From the IMG/VR virus record IMGVR_UViG_3300009431_000002, positions 137,922 through 201,921 of that record: a stretch of DNA of 64,000 nucleotides. One strand, written 5' to 3'. Position 1 is the first letter of the stretch; the number at the start of each line of letters is the position of its first letter. Below, one piece after another: positions 53,101 through 61,707 of the stretch. Both the position numbers and the translations under genes were made by a program. The DNA is from a virus (lineage: Duplodnaviria > Caudoviricetes). The notes beneath the pieces are model-generated. The model was not told where the DNA came from, did no database searches, and saw nothing but the letters and a program-made list of their open reading frames with translations.

Positions 53101-56100
53101 AGAAGTAGACCCGGACGATGTTGTCGCACGTCGGGCTGCCGACGGAGTAGTCGACGAACACCATGTCGGCCAGGGCCAGCAGGATGTTCTCCAGCCCCAG
53201 GTAGTCGAGGATGTCCTCGGGGATGTCGAAGCCCAGCCGGCCCAAGAACTCGATGAGCCACGCGAAGAAGGCCACGATCCAGTCGAACGGGTCCTGGATG
53301 TTGCCGTAGTCGTCGTAGCAGTAGCCGTCGAACGCCGGCGGCTCCGGGAGGTCCGGCACGTCGGGCAGGCCCTCCTGGAACATGTTCCAGAAGGCGCCGC
53401 AGGGGCCCACGGAGAACTCGCCGCGGATGGTCACGGCACAGATGTTGAACTGACCCCAGAACTCGTTGAGGTACGCGTAGTAGCTCGTGGCGGTCATCGT
53501 ACCGCCCGGCAGCAGCGTGTCCTGCACGTCGGTGTCGTCGATCTCAACGATGGGGATCTGCAGGGTGAAGGTGTGGAGGTCGCGGATGTTGTACCCACCC
53601 GCGTTCGGACCGCTGGCGATGGTCAGGACGTCGCCGGGCTCCGCCTGGCACAGCGCCGGCTCCTCGGCCCCGTCCAGCAGCTGCCCCAGCTCAGCGATCT
53701 GGGCGGGCCAGTTGTCGGTGTCGAACGCCGCCAGAATGGAGGCCAGCGTCGGGATAGACACCTCGGGGATGGCCATGAACACATCGTTGCAGCAGTTGAA
53801 GAACTCGGCCGGCAGGCACAGCTCCACCTGCATCACGTGGTCGGCCGTCAGCTCCTGTCCAGCGGGCCACGGCGCGAAGATGCCGTCCTCGTCGATCACG
53901 ACGTCCGGCACGTCCTTGCTGGGGAAGAAGGCCGCGTAGGTCTCTTCCAGCCACGTGACCACCGAGTTCCAGTAGGTCGCCACCTGCGGAGTCAGGGAGG
54001 TGTTGAGTCGGATGCCGTCCGCGTCGAACGACAGGCACACCGTGTACCCGTCGCAGGGGATGCACCCGTCGCCGTAGCACCCGGCGCCGACCACGGCGTC
54101 CAGCAGATCGAGCACGCCCTCCGTGGTTGCCGGGAATGAGCCCGACCCAACGATCTCACCGGCGATGAATTCATCGAAGCCGAACTGCGCCAGCCGCGAG
54201 CACACCACGTCTTCCAGTGGCTCGAAGGTCGGCGTGAGGTCGGGCATGACGAAGCCCATCGTCCCGCTCGCCGTCTCCGCTGCGCCCGTGAACCCCTCGA
54301 GGTTGCGGCTGTCGATGGGCAACGCCGGAGGCACCGTGACCTCCGTGGGCTGGTCGGCCGCGTCGAGGAGGCGCACTCCCAGCGGCTCCAACCGCACCAG
54401 CGGCCGGTCGATGCCCGTGAAGGGCGTGAACACCTCGTAGTCCAGGTTGGCGTTGCTGGCGGACAGCGGCCGGTCCACCTGCGGACCGGACCCGCCGTTC
54501 GTGGTGTCGAAGGACGTGATCTCGTAGTCGCCGGCGTCCGGCCCCTCGAGGATGCGGAGGATGTCGCCTGTCGCCGCCTGGTAGTTGAGCAGGTTGGTGC
54601 CCGTGAACCGGACAACGTCCTGCCCCACGAACGTCTGGAGGTCTCCGCCCGGCGCCGCGGCGCCGAAGGGGACCTTGAGGTGGCGGGGCTCGACGAGGTT
54701 GACGACGACCTCGTCAACGATCCGGAACGCCACACCCTCGTCCGTCGTCGTCATGTCCGTGTCGAGCACCAGCTCGTCGCGGCTGACGCGGAGGATGCCG
54801 TAGGAGCCGGCGTCCGCGCCCTCCGTGATGACCAGGAAGTGCTGACCAGCGATGACCCCGAGCTCCACCCAGTCGATGGTGGGGTCCGTGGACATCACGA
54901 TGTTGGGGTAGGCTCCGAGCCCATCGAAGGACAGCGACCTATCCGCGTACAGGGGCTGCTCGTCCGCGGCCGTGACCGAGGTCGACGCCTCCGTGTCCGA
55001 GGCGGGCCGGACCCAGATGTCGTGCTTGCCGCCGATGTGGATCTCGCCGTCGTCGATGATGATGGTGCCGCGGTCGGTCTCCGGTGCGAGGATGCCGCCC
55101 GGGATGTCGGCAATCTCGATCTTCCCCTGCCCGCGGACCGTCGTGAACACCGCCGGCAGCAGGCCGGGGAAGCCACCGAGAATCGTGGACGTCGGCGTCG
55201 GCTCTCCGTTCATCTGGAACAGGTAGATGGTGGGGAAGGAGGGCACGGCGTCGCGGCTCGAGAACACGACGCTCGTGATCGTGAACTCCTCGTGCTGCTG
55301 GTGGTCCGGCATGCCGTAGAGCATGCCCCAGTAGTTGAGGTCCACGGTGTCCCCGACCTCGACCTCTGTCAGTCCGTTCAGCCCACGGTCCTCGTACTGC
55401 GAGAGCAGGAGGCAGAAGGTGCCGAACACGAACGCCGTGCCGCTGGCGCGCACGCTGCCGTGGCCACCGCCGGTGATGACGTCCCGCTCCATCTCGGGGT
55501 CGCCCATGCCGACGACCTCGAGGTTGCGGATGCCGCTGAACGTCTCGGTGAGCTTGCCGAAGATGCCACGCACGCCGGTCAGCGACCGCTCGGACAGCCC
55601 GCGCTTGGTCTTGGTGATCAGCTGGGTGTTGTTCTCCCGGGAGACGCCGCCGCTCCCGGCGTCCAGGTTGACGACGCGGATGGCCGAAGCGATGCCCTCC
55701 ACGTTGGACAGCTCGCCGCGGTCGATCTCGTACTCGGTCCCCGGGTTCTCCGACCTCACGACGACGTCCATGTAGTAGTCGCTGCCGGACCGCTGCACCG
55801 TCATTTGCTCGGCGGTGATGGTCTGGGCACGGGTCGGGTAGAAGTTCAGGCCGCCGTTCGTGTAGAACCGGACGAGGGGGGACACGTCCTGGTAGGCGGG
55901 TGCCGCGTAGTACACGCGCGCCGTGACGGTGACGTACTCGCCCTGGTTGCGGCTGGCGAACCAGTTCGCCGCCAGGCCGTCAGCGTCGTCGTCGGTCAAC
56001 AGGTCGGGGCGCAGGAAGCTCTGGCGTTGGCGGATGGCGTCGATCTGACCGCGCAGGGGGGCGAGGACGGGGACCAGGGGCTTGGCGAACAGGTCCCGGC

Positions 56101-56320
56101 CGCCCACGTGGTCGCTCATGTCGAGCGAGGGGTACTCCTGCTTCACGCGGTCGACGATGAAGTCCAGGATGGGCATGCTGAACGCGTCGGCGCCGAGGGC
56201 GTCCACCAACGGATCGATGATGTCCACGCGCACGGACGAGCCCGCCGTGAGGTCCACGTCCGCATCCCACGAACGGAAGAGGTCCTCGATGTACTCCTGG
56301 AGCGTCTGGGGATCGCTCAT
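50111..56320 (-). CDS. Baseplate J/gp6-like giant protein, 2069 aa
   Basis: N-terminal BplJ-like region (GGVSRENNTQL), directly downstream of gp25-like gene; repeated beta modules. Confidence 0.62.
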   Translation of the reverse strand: MSDPQTLQEYIEDLFRSWDADVDLTAGSSVRVDIIDPLVDALGADAFSMPILDFIVDRVKQEYPSLDMSDHVGGRDLFAKPLVPVLAPLRGQIDAIRQRQSFLRPDLLTDDDADGLAANWFASRNQGEYVTVTARVYYAAPAYQDVSPLVRFYTNGGLNFYPTRAQTITAEQMTVQRSGSDYYMDVVVRSENPGTEYEIDRGELSNVEGIASAIRVVNLDAGSGGVSRENNTQLITKTKRGLSERSLTGVRGIFGKLTETFSGIRNLEVVGMGDPEMERDVITGGGHGSVRASGTAFVFGTFCLLLSQYEDRGLNGLTEVEVGDTVDLNYWGMLYGMPDHQQHEEFTITSVVFSSRDAVPSFPTIYLFQMNGEPTPTSTILGGFPGLLPAVFTTVRGQGKIEIADIPGGILAPETDRGTIIIDDGEIHIGGKHDIWVRPASDTEASTSVTAADEQPLYADRSLSFDGLGAYPNIVMSTDPTIDWVELGVIAGQHFLVITEGADAGSYGILRVSRDELVLDTDMTTTDEGVAFRIVDEVVVNLVEPRHLKVPFGAAAPGGDLQTFVGQDVVRFTGTNLLNYQAATGDILRILEGPDAGDYEITSFDTTNGGSGPQVDRPLSASNANLDYEVFTPFTGIDRPLVRLEPLGVRLLDAADQPTEVTVPPALPIDSRNLEGFTGAAETASGTMGFVMPDLTPTFEPLEDVVCSRLAQFGFDEFIAGEIVGSGSFPATTEGVLDLLDAVVGAGCYGDGCIPCDGYTVCLSFDADGIRLNTSLTPQVATYWNSVVTWLEETYAAFFPSKDVPDVVIDEDGIFAPWPAGQELTADHVMQVELCLPAEFFNCCNDVFMAIPEVSIPTLASILAAFDTDNWPAQIAELGQLLDGAEEPALCQAEPGDVLTIASGPNAGGYNIRDLHTFTLQIPIVEIDDTDVQDTLLPGGTMTATSYYAYLNEFWGQFNICAVTIRGEFSVGPCGAFWNMFQEGLPDVPDLPEPPAFDGYCYDDYGNIQDPFDWIVAFFAWLIEFLGRLGFDIPEDILDYLGLENILLALADMVFVDYSVGSPTCDNIVRVYFSEPTTIEVDSGGECTVLLAEEVDDVPITIHAGQPTLWSAVVGAEEALYTPSPDADPHQVFPSKESSEDTLEQDLPRDLEVVSQGTNSQLRITDMSVPAPIELMFLEGRDFVEIHEELFCLPSERATGGNAVVISDDVSAFTPPETEAVITSDAITFPYVAEAEESARVWSEAVPPVGPFVFAGGEILQITVNAPSIGMTATLQHSFAAGNISLTDIRDELNADAAFTAGLVQAETLNSSVPGQMVLAIRTLETGVQTSIFVVPGSTALSTGGGPIPWNTAAGAVGTSQGHSAETIRATVIDPNGTHVQEFTHVGQAQNGPVILVVPGATYNDMAQLLAEMLAAGFEDDGGTQVLSLTASGNSLVMTTIEGGATVTIEADVTTGAALNGHPAWTTPLGTGPAFATISVDVEDSSGTHTQSFTFPESVAVADAAAAAAAMNVPSFTEDAGVPVLTVTAVGDTVVVASVEVGGAVVVDVDQSSAATSGGYGYLTFDPAIGYGYDQAPSKDRIPAARIRRDTARIEVLESAGIDFVTLGVQAGDLLFLEEGLDAGGYVVESISALELVVDHVMTDNSSTPLKDGNDGSWDGDVAENTRFTVTAGTFDTDDLGRYLTIYGSHYPATNGSYKVLDVDTTSGAWVDLEIPAGYFPADSRESDVLWVLSGAPAEAPVETDVGGTELWGLRPFRLYSGTADVWVVSAVDTTLDNAVATFSVQDPLDPTHVPVDGYGQPFRVIRPGVQRVSSTVMATQRAGCMYYADFLVRSSGSDDIYNLTAMTRMEMVFGTYFSEGYRYETDDTRLTFSTHEEVAIHVSPAVLPVGADDDHASRIPVDSQRMQLRYTWAPLVAQLQRFVTSRQERAPDSDPLVRHFLPSYVCFDGQYQGGATEAGLYPEVRDYINDRDPLDELGVAAVEDKMRTSGATGWNHPSTLAAVTHDLDRRMVADRSEDKLGGDTEVYFNGSNRTSFFIPGALATGADEDIPAGEHIILTRQVGRGVIR

Positions 56321-56991
56321 GCCGCCTCCTTGGACTGCGCCGCCAGGTTGGCCAACGCCTCCTCTCCCGCCATGGACACCAGCCGGATCCTGCCCTCAAC
56401 CGACAGGGTCTGCGGATCGAAGTTGACCGACAGCAGCGATGCCGACAGCAGCCGCTCGGGCAACGTCAAGCCGCGCGTGGTCGCCTGCACACGCGTGATC
56501 TGCTCTTCTGCACGGGCCACCGCAGCAGCGAAGGCCCCGACGTGCAGGTTCTTGTCGTGCCGGCCCGACGAGCTCTTCTGCAGCGCCATCAGGTTCCCGC
56601 CGTGCTCCGCATCGTAGATGTCGGAGCCGGGCGTCGTCAGCAGGACCTTCACGAACGTCTGGACCAGCTTGGGCAGCCCACCGACCAGCCTCCCCGTCCT
56701 GCTGAACCGGAACACCAGCTGGCTCTTCTCCGTGGCGGTGAACGCATCGCTGAGCACCATGACCTGCTTGAGCGGGGACTCCGCCAGCCTGGGTGGGACC
56801 TGCGCCACCAGCCGCGTACGCGAGAGGACCAGGAACTCCTCGGCCTCCACGCCGTTGAGCAGTACGGTGGAGACGTTGCGGAAGTCGTTCCCGTAGATGT
56901 CGTAGACCGGAGGGTAGAAGCCCGACACGAGCCCGATCTTCCGGACGGGGACGACGTCCTGGTACTGGACGTACTGGATGTCCAGGCTCAT
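56317..56991 (-). CDS. Baseplate gp25/gpW-like protein with N-terminal IPT/TIG domain, 224 aa
   Basis: KLVQTFVKVLLTTPGSDIYDAEHGGNL gp25-like signature. Confidence 0.68.
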   Translation of the reverse strand: MSLDIQYVQYQDVVPVRKIGLVSGFYPPVYDIYGNDFRNVSTVLLNGVEAEEFLVLSRTRLVAQVPPRLAESPLKQVMVLSDAFTATEKSQLVFRFSRTGRLVGGLPKLVQTFVKVLLTTPGSDIYDAEHGGNLMALQKSSSGRHDKNLHVGAFAAAVARAEEQITRVQATTRGLTLPERLLSASLLSVNFDPQTLSVEGRIRLVSMAGEEALANLAAQSKEAA

Positions 56992-57413
56992 AGCGGCATG
57001 TCCTCCGACGAGACGGTTGCGTACACGCCGTCGTCCTTCTCGACGTCGTTCGGGTCGAAGTCCCTGGCGGCCTGGATGAGCCCCGGCACCGCGGGCTCGC
57101 CACCCGCCTCCTCCCGGCCCATCATCAGTTCCTGGAGCTCCTCCAGGCGTTGCTTCCGCCCCTTGCGCCCCGCGGCTCGCTCAAGCTCCGCTTGCGCCGA
57201 GGCGCTCGCCTCAGACTCGATCTGTGCTGTCACATCGATCTGGGTGGAGTCCAGCCCAAAAATGGCCTCGTCGATGAAGTTGGCCATGGTGAGCGACGCG
57301 ATGGTCTCGGCCGTGGCCTGGCTCGTGATGGCCGAGATGACCCGCGCGAGGCCGATCCGCAACGCGGTCTCCTGGGCCTTGGCGTCCTCTGTGGTGTAGA
57401 GGAAGGTCGTCAC
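56988..57413 (-). CDS. Hypothetical tail/baseplate protein, 141 aa
   Basis: Coupled overlaps on both sides. Confidence 0.65.
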   Translation of the reverse strand: MTTFLYTTEDAKAQETALRIGLARVISAITSQATAETIASLTMANFIDEAIFGLDSTQIDVTAQIESEASASAQAELERAAGRKGRKQRLEELQELMMGREEAGGEPAVPGLIQAARDFDPNDVEKDDGVYATVSSEDMPL

Positions 57414-60001
57414 GGGCTCTCCCTGTGCGTCGAGATGGCCGCCACGTCTCCGGTGACAGACGACCTCCTCCCAGCGTCCTCGGCCTGCGCATCACTGGAC
57501 TTGGGCGGTGCCATATCCTGCGCTACCGCAGTCAGCGCCGCTTCGAGGTTACCAGATTGAGAAGCCGTGGCGGACGACAAGTCCAGGAAGTCCTGAACGC
57601 GTCCGTTCACAAGGAACTCTGCGGCACGGTCGAAGCCGTGCTCCTCCAACGAGGCGAGGAGGCTGTCCACGGCGCGCTGGGAGTCCACATCCACGGTCGG
57701 CGAGAACAGAGCCAGGGAGTCCTCGTAGGTGCGGCCGCTGGTCGGCCTGGCCATCTCCTCGGACACCAACCCCGCGTCGATGTCGGTAGCCTGCGGCGGG
57801 GAGGCCGTGAGCAGGGAGAGCAGGTCCACCAGCGGGACGAGTGCCTTCCGCATGGCGCCCGCGCTGATGGCCCCACGTCCGCTGGCGGCCGCCACCCGCT
57901 CGCGCAGTGCGCGCAGCACGCGGATGTTGGGCACGCGGGACTGTGCTTGGTCCGACAGCAGCCGCTGCAACGACGTGCCGGTGTCGTAGAACGACTTGTA
58001 GCTGGCGTCAGTGATGACGAATGGGGTGTCCCCCATGTCCAGCCGCACGGGCGGGGTCACCTGCAGGTCGGTGCCCGTCGGCGCCACCACGACCTCCAGA
58101 TCGACCTGGGCCTCGCCATGCAGCTGGAGTCGGTCGCCGGCCGCGATCCCGAAGGTCGTCAGGTCCAGCGGTGTGTCGTCCCCAACTCGGCGCACCACCT
58201 CCACCAGCGCCGTCGTAGCATGGGTATCGCCAGCGACCAGGCCCAACTCAGCCAGCCCCACACTGTCCAAGATCGTGAGGACCGTGCCCTCAACCTCGTC
58301 CAGCACAGTCAGTACGAGGTGACCGTCGGCGTCCAGCGATGGCGTGACCCCACCACCCTTGACGGCCTCCACAACGGTGCTGGGGTCTGTCTCCAACGTC
58401 GCCGTCTCGGTCAGGCCGAGGAGCGTGACCGCCTGGTTGGGCTCCGCCAACGCCCCGACGCCTGTGGGCGCAGTCCAGGAGATCTGGATGGTCGTGCTGA
58501 CCTGGTCGATGGTGATCGAAACACCCTGCCCCTCGGCCACGGAGCTGACGACCAGCTTGTCGCCGTCCGAGGAGACGGCCGCGACGGTCTCAGCGCCGTC
58601 CTGCTCCAGCGGCTGCATGGCCGCGACGAGCGCGGCCATGTTGCTGGCCCAGACGCCGGCGCCCATCGTCGCCGTGAGGATGCGGAGCTGCCCCGGTACG
58701 TCCTGCAGGATGACCTGGATGCCGACGCCGTCGCCGACCGGGAAGGTGATGTCGTCGGAGGTCACCGTGGCCGGCGCGTCCCCATCGAAGGTCGACGGGA
58801 GCGTGAACGCCGACGGGCAGGTCAGCAGCAGGCGGTCGCCGAACGCCTCGGCCGTCACCGGCGTCCCCGCGGCGTTGATCGCGTCGACGATGTCGGCGAC
58901 ATCCGCCGCGCCAGCCGGAAGCTGGATGGGGTAGGTCACACCGCCCGTCTCGATGTACAAGTAGACGCCGGCCGGAATCGTCAACCCGATCACGTCGACG
59001 GTGCCCAGCACGGCGTACAGCCCCGCACCAGGGATGTCGGCCGAGAATGAAGCGTCGCCAACCTCGTACAGGAGCTGCGTCCCGGCAGGCAGAAGTCGAG
59101 CCACGGGCGACGACCCCGTCACCACGAGGTCGCTACCGTCCTCCAGGGGGAGCAGGACGTAGTCCGTGCCCTCGGGGATGGCCGTCAGCGGATCCTGCGA
59201 CAGGTCCTTGGACCGGATCTTCGGGTCGGCCGGGCCGCGCGCCTGCTGAACGGCGCTCAGTGCCGCCTTGCCGGCCAGCAGATTCAACGCCACGGAGGAC
59301 GCAGTCCGCGCCGCCTCCTCATCCGACGCCGTGTCGTAGTAGTCGACTGCGGCGTCCACCCCCGACTTCGTCCGGTCCACGATGCCCGAGGACACCCGCC
59401 GGCGCAGGTCCTCGGCGGTCACCTCTGTCACGGTCCTGCGCGCCCACAGAATCCGCTGCTGGAGCTGCAGGAAGCGCCGGATGAAGTCGTCGAAGTGGGT
59501 CACGGCATCCGAGAGGGCCTCGGCCCCCACGCGCGCGGCGCCCGCCCCGACAGCGGGCTGCACGTTGGGCTGCAGCCCAGACGCCACGAAGTCGTCCAGC
59601 GCCTTCCCATAGGAGCCCAGGAGGGTGGATGTCGCGCGGCTGCTGCCCGAGGTCTGCATCACATCCGCGGCCGTGCCGAGCGCCGACGACGCCGCGGCCA
59701 ACGACACAGTGTCGTTTGGCGCCACGGACGGGCGGGTGGAGTCCAGCAGGGCGAGGATGGTCTCCTCGAGGTCGGTGATGGTCTCCTTCAGCAGGGCGCG
59801 GACGCCGTTGTTGGCGTAGCCGGCGAGGACGTAGAAGGTCGGCGGCCGCAGGAGCAGCAGGGTGGCCGCGTCCTCCTGCAGCTTCGTGAACGCCTCGGTC
59901 TTGGCGTCGACACCAGCCGTCTGGTGCCCCGCCACCGACTGACGAGAGAGGACCTTGCCCGACGCGGTCTGCAGCCGGTTGCTGTCATACCCTCGCGCCA
60001 C
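57410..60001 (-). CDS. Tail-associated structural protein, 863 aa
   Basis: Helical termini, beta-rich middle sharing the ITSD.ITFP segment with the 2069-aa protein. Confidence 0.6.
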   Translation of the reverse strand: MARGYDSNRLQTASGKVLSRQSVAGHQTAGVDAKTEAFTKLQEDAATLLLLRPPTFYVLAGYANNGVRALLKETITDLEETILALLDSTRPSVAPNDTVSLAAASSALGTAADVMQTSGSSRATSTLLGSYGKALDDFVASGLQPNVQPAVGAGAARVGAEALSDAVTHFDDFIRRFLQLQQRILWARRTVTEVTAEDLRRRVSSGIVDRTKSGVDAAVDYYDTASDEEAARTASSVALNLLAGKAALSAVQQARGPADPKIRSKDLSQDPLTAIPEGTDYVLLPLEDGSDLVVTGSSPVARLLPAGTQLLYEVGDASFSADIPGAGLYAVLGTVDVIGLTIPAGVYLYIETGGVTYPIQLPAGAADVADIVDAINAAGTPVTAEAFGDRLLLTCPSAFTLPSTFDGDAPATVTSDDITFPVGDGVGIQVILQDVPGQLRILTATMGAGVWASNMAALVAAMQPLEQDGAETVAAVSSDGDKLVVSSVAEGQGVSITIDQVSTTIQISWTAPTGVGALAEPNQAVTLLGLTETATLETDPSTVVEAVKGGGVTPSLDADGHLVLTVLDEVEGTVLTILDSVGLAELGLVAGDTHATTALVEVVRRVGDDTPLDLTTFGIAAGDRLQLHGEAQVDLEVVVAPTGTDLQVTPPVRLDMGDTPFVITDASYKSFYDTGTSLQRLLSDQAQSRVPNIRVLRALRERVAAASGRGAISAGAMRKALVPLVDLLSLLTASPPQATDIDAGLVSEEMARPTSGRTYEDSLALFSPTVDVDSQRAVDSLLASLEEHGFDRAAEFLVNGRVQDFLDLSSATASQSGNLEAALTAVAQDMAPPKSSDAQAEDAGRRSSVTGDVAAISTHRESP
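59702..59714. repeat. Dispersed palindrome copy 4 (AACGACAC-A-GTGTCGTT)
   Basis: Exact core inside a CDS; arms extend to 8 bp and further with one bulge. Confidence 0.85.
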
Positions 60002-60362
60002 TGGACTTCCTCCGCCCCAAGAGCTCGATGCGCCGCATGTGGCCTGGCGACATCGTCTTAGCCTGCCGTCTCCACTTCTCTGGGTCCAGGTCGTAGGCCA
60101 TGCAGACGCTCATGTACGAGTTGAAGCGGTCCGTGTTGTTGGAGAACAGCCAGCGCTTGACCTCCGCGTGCAACCTCCGCTTCCGGAGGCTCCGTGCGTG
60201 CCTCGTCATCACGTAGTCGTGGACGGCCTTTCGGATCGTCAGGATCCACATGCGTCGCTCGCGGGAGTTCTGCACCTGAATCCAGTCGAGCAGCTGGAGG
60301 TACTCGTCCTCGTCGGTCGGGTCTCGGACCTCGAACCCCTCGTAGGTGGCGGCGTGGATCAT
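59985..60362 (-). CDS. Basic hypothetical protein, 125 aa
   Basis: Start revised to ATG 60362 (ATGA overlap with upstream stop). Confidence 0.65.
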   Translation of the reverse strand: MIHAATYEGFEVRDPTDEDEYLQLLDWIQVQNSRERRMWILTIRKAVHDYVMTRHARSLRKRRLHAEVKRWLFSNNTDRFNSYMSVCMAYDLDPEKWRRQAKTMSPGHMRRIELLGRRKSSGARV

Positions 60363-61252
60363 GCGACGTTGACGACCAGCGGAGTCACGGTGAACGTGAC
60401 CTCCGGCAGTCGCGCAGAGAAAGCTCCTTCGTCCACAGTTGCGGTGATCGAGGCGCTGCCGGTTCCGGTTGCGGTGATGACGAGCGTGCCGCCGGACCAT
60501 CCAATGGTCGCAACGTCCTCGTCGCTGGACTCGAAGGTGAGGAACTCCTGTGGCGTGCGGTCGGTGTCCTCGTCCAGGGTGATCCCACTGGACAGGAGCA
60601 GCTGCGGGTTGATGTCCTCGTGGTCGCCTACGGCCAGCGCCAGCGGGCCGGCGGGGTCGAAGGTGAGGGCGGTGGCCTGCGGGAAGAGCAGGTCGGCGAC
60701 GTCGACGGACGCGGCGTCGGGCACCTCCACGGTGCACAGCGCGTCCTCGTAGCCTGCGAGGTTGATGTCGAACTCCGCCTCACGCGGGAGGTCGAACTGG
60801 AAGTAGCCGTTGGCGTCCGAGATCTGCCGGAACGGCTTGGCGAAGTAGCCCCTGGTGGGCTGGTAGAGGGTCGCCGGCAGCCACCGGGAGTTGACCTCGA
60901 GGAGGACTCCTGGCTGCGGCTGGCCGGAGGCGTCGACGAAGTACCCGGACACCGTGCACATGTTGGGGTACACGCTCTCGGGCTGCGGCGTGACGTACGC
61001 TTCGACGTCGAACGCATTGGGGTTCGGGTCGACGACGCGCAACGTCTGGGGCGACGTGATGGTGGTCTGCGGCGTCAGTGGGTAGAACCGGATGTAGTAG
61101 AGGCCCTCGGCGACCGTGAAGTCCACCTCGCCGGCGGCGTCGGTGAGCATCGAGTACAGCAGCTCGGTGTTGTCCTCGTCGTAGATCCGGACAGGTAGCC
61201 CCTCGATGGCCGCGGCGTTCTGGTCGGTGACGGTGACGGTGACATCGGCCAT
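60359..61252 (-). CDS. Ig-like domain protein (carboxypeptidase-regulatory-like repeats plus Big_2), 297 aa
   Basis: TDAAGEVDF / SDANGYFQF repeats; FESSDEDVATI..GTLVITATGTGSASITATV Big_2 signature. Confidence 0.7.
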   Translation of the reverse strand: MADVTVTVTDQNAAAIEGLPVRIYDEDNTELLYSMLTDAAGEVDFTVAEGLYYIRFYPLTPQTTITSPQTLRVVDPNPNAFDVEAYVTPQPESVYPNMCTVSGYFVDASGQPQPGVLLEVNSRWLPATLYQPTRGYFAKPFRQISDANGYFQFDLPREAEFDINLAGYEDALCTVEVPDAASVDVADLLFPQATALTFDPAGPLALAVGDHEDINPQLLLSSGITLDEDTDRTPQEFLTFESSDEDVATIGWSGGTLVITATGTGSASITATVDEGAFSARLPEVTFTVTPLVVNVA

Positions 61253-61668
61253 TACGGTGTGCTCCTCGGAGCCGGGATCACTGAAGCCCTCTGCATCTGG
61301 TAGACGCTGGGGGCGTCGGCGAGCAGCAGGAACAGGTCGGCCTCCGCCTGGTCCGGCACGGTGAACCGGCCGGTGTACCGTGTGCCGTGGATGCTGACGT
61401 CCACCTCCATGCCGCGCGCGAGGTAGATCTCGGCCTCGCCGTGCTCGTCGGTCTGCATCTCGACCTGCGCACCCGCGGTGCCCATGCGCTGGACGACCGG
61501 GAGGTTGAACGTCGGGGCGAACGCGATGACGAGGTTCTCGATGGCGTCGCCCTCAACCGTGCCGATCTGACAGAAGACGCGGCAACGCGACGCCTGCGGC
61601 AACGGCAGGTGCGGCTTCGACACCACCACGGGCGCCAATGGGAGCAGCATCGCTGGGTAGGTGGCCAT
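61252..61668 (-). CDS. Single Ig-like domain protein, paralogous to the next gene, 138 aa
   Basis: CRVFCQI...QTDEHGEAEIYL matches CTVSGYF...ISDANGYFQFDL. Confidence 0.65.
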   Translation of the reverse strand: MATYPAMLLPLAPVVVSKPHLPLPQASRCRVFCQIGTVEGDAIENLVIAFAPTFNLPVVQRMGTAGAQVEMQTDEHGEAEIYLARGMEVDVSIHGTRYTGRFTVPDQAEADLFLLLADAPSVYQMQRASVIPAPRSTP

Positions 61669-61674
61669 GGCGCC

Positions 61675-61703
61675 ACTCTACCGCAGGATGTCGGAGTAGT
61701 GAA
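61675..61703 (-). promoter_or_regulatory. sigma70-type leaderless promoter TTCACT-N17-TAGAGT
   Basis: -10 ends exactly 6 nt before ATG 61668; no SD. Confidence 0.5.
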
Positions 61704-61707
61704 GGAA

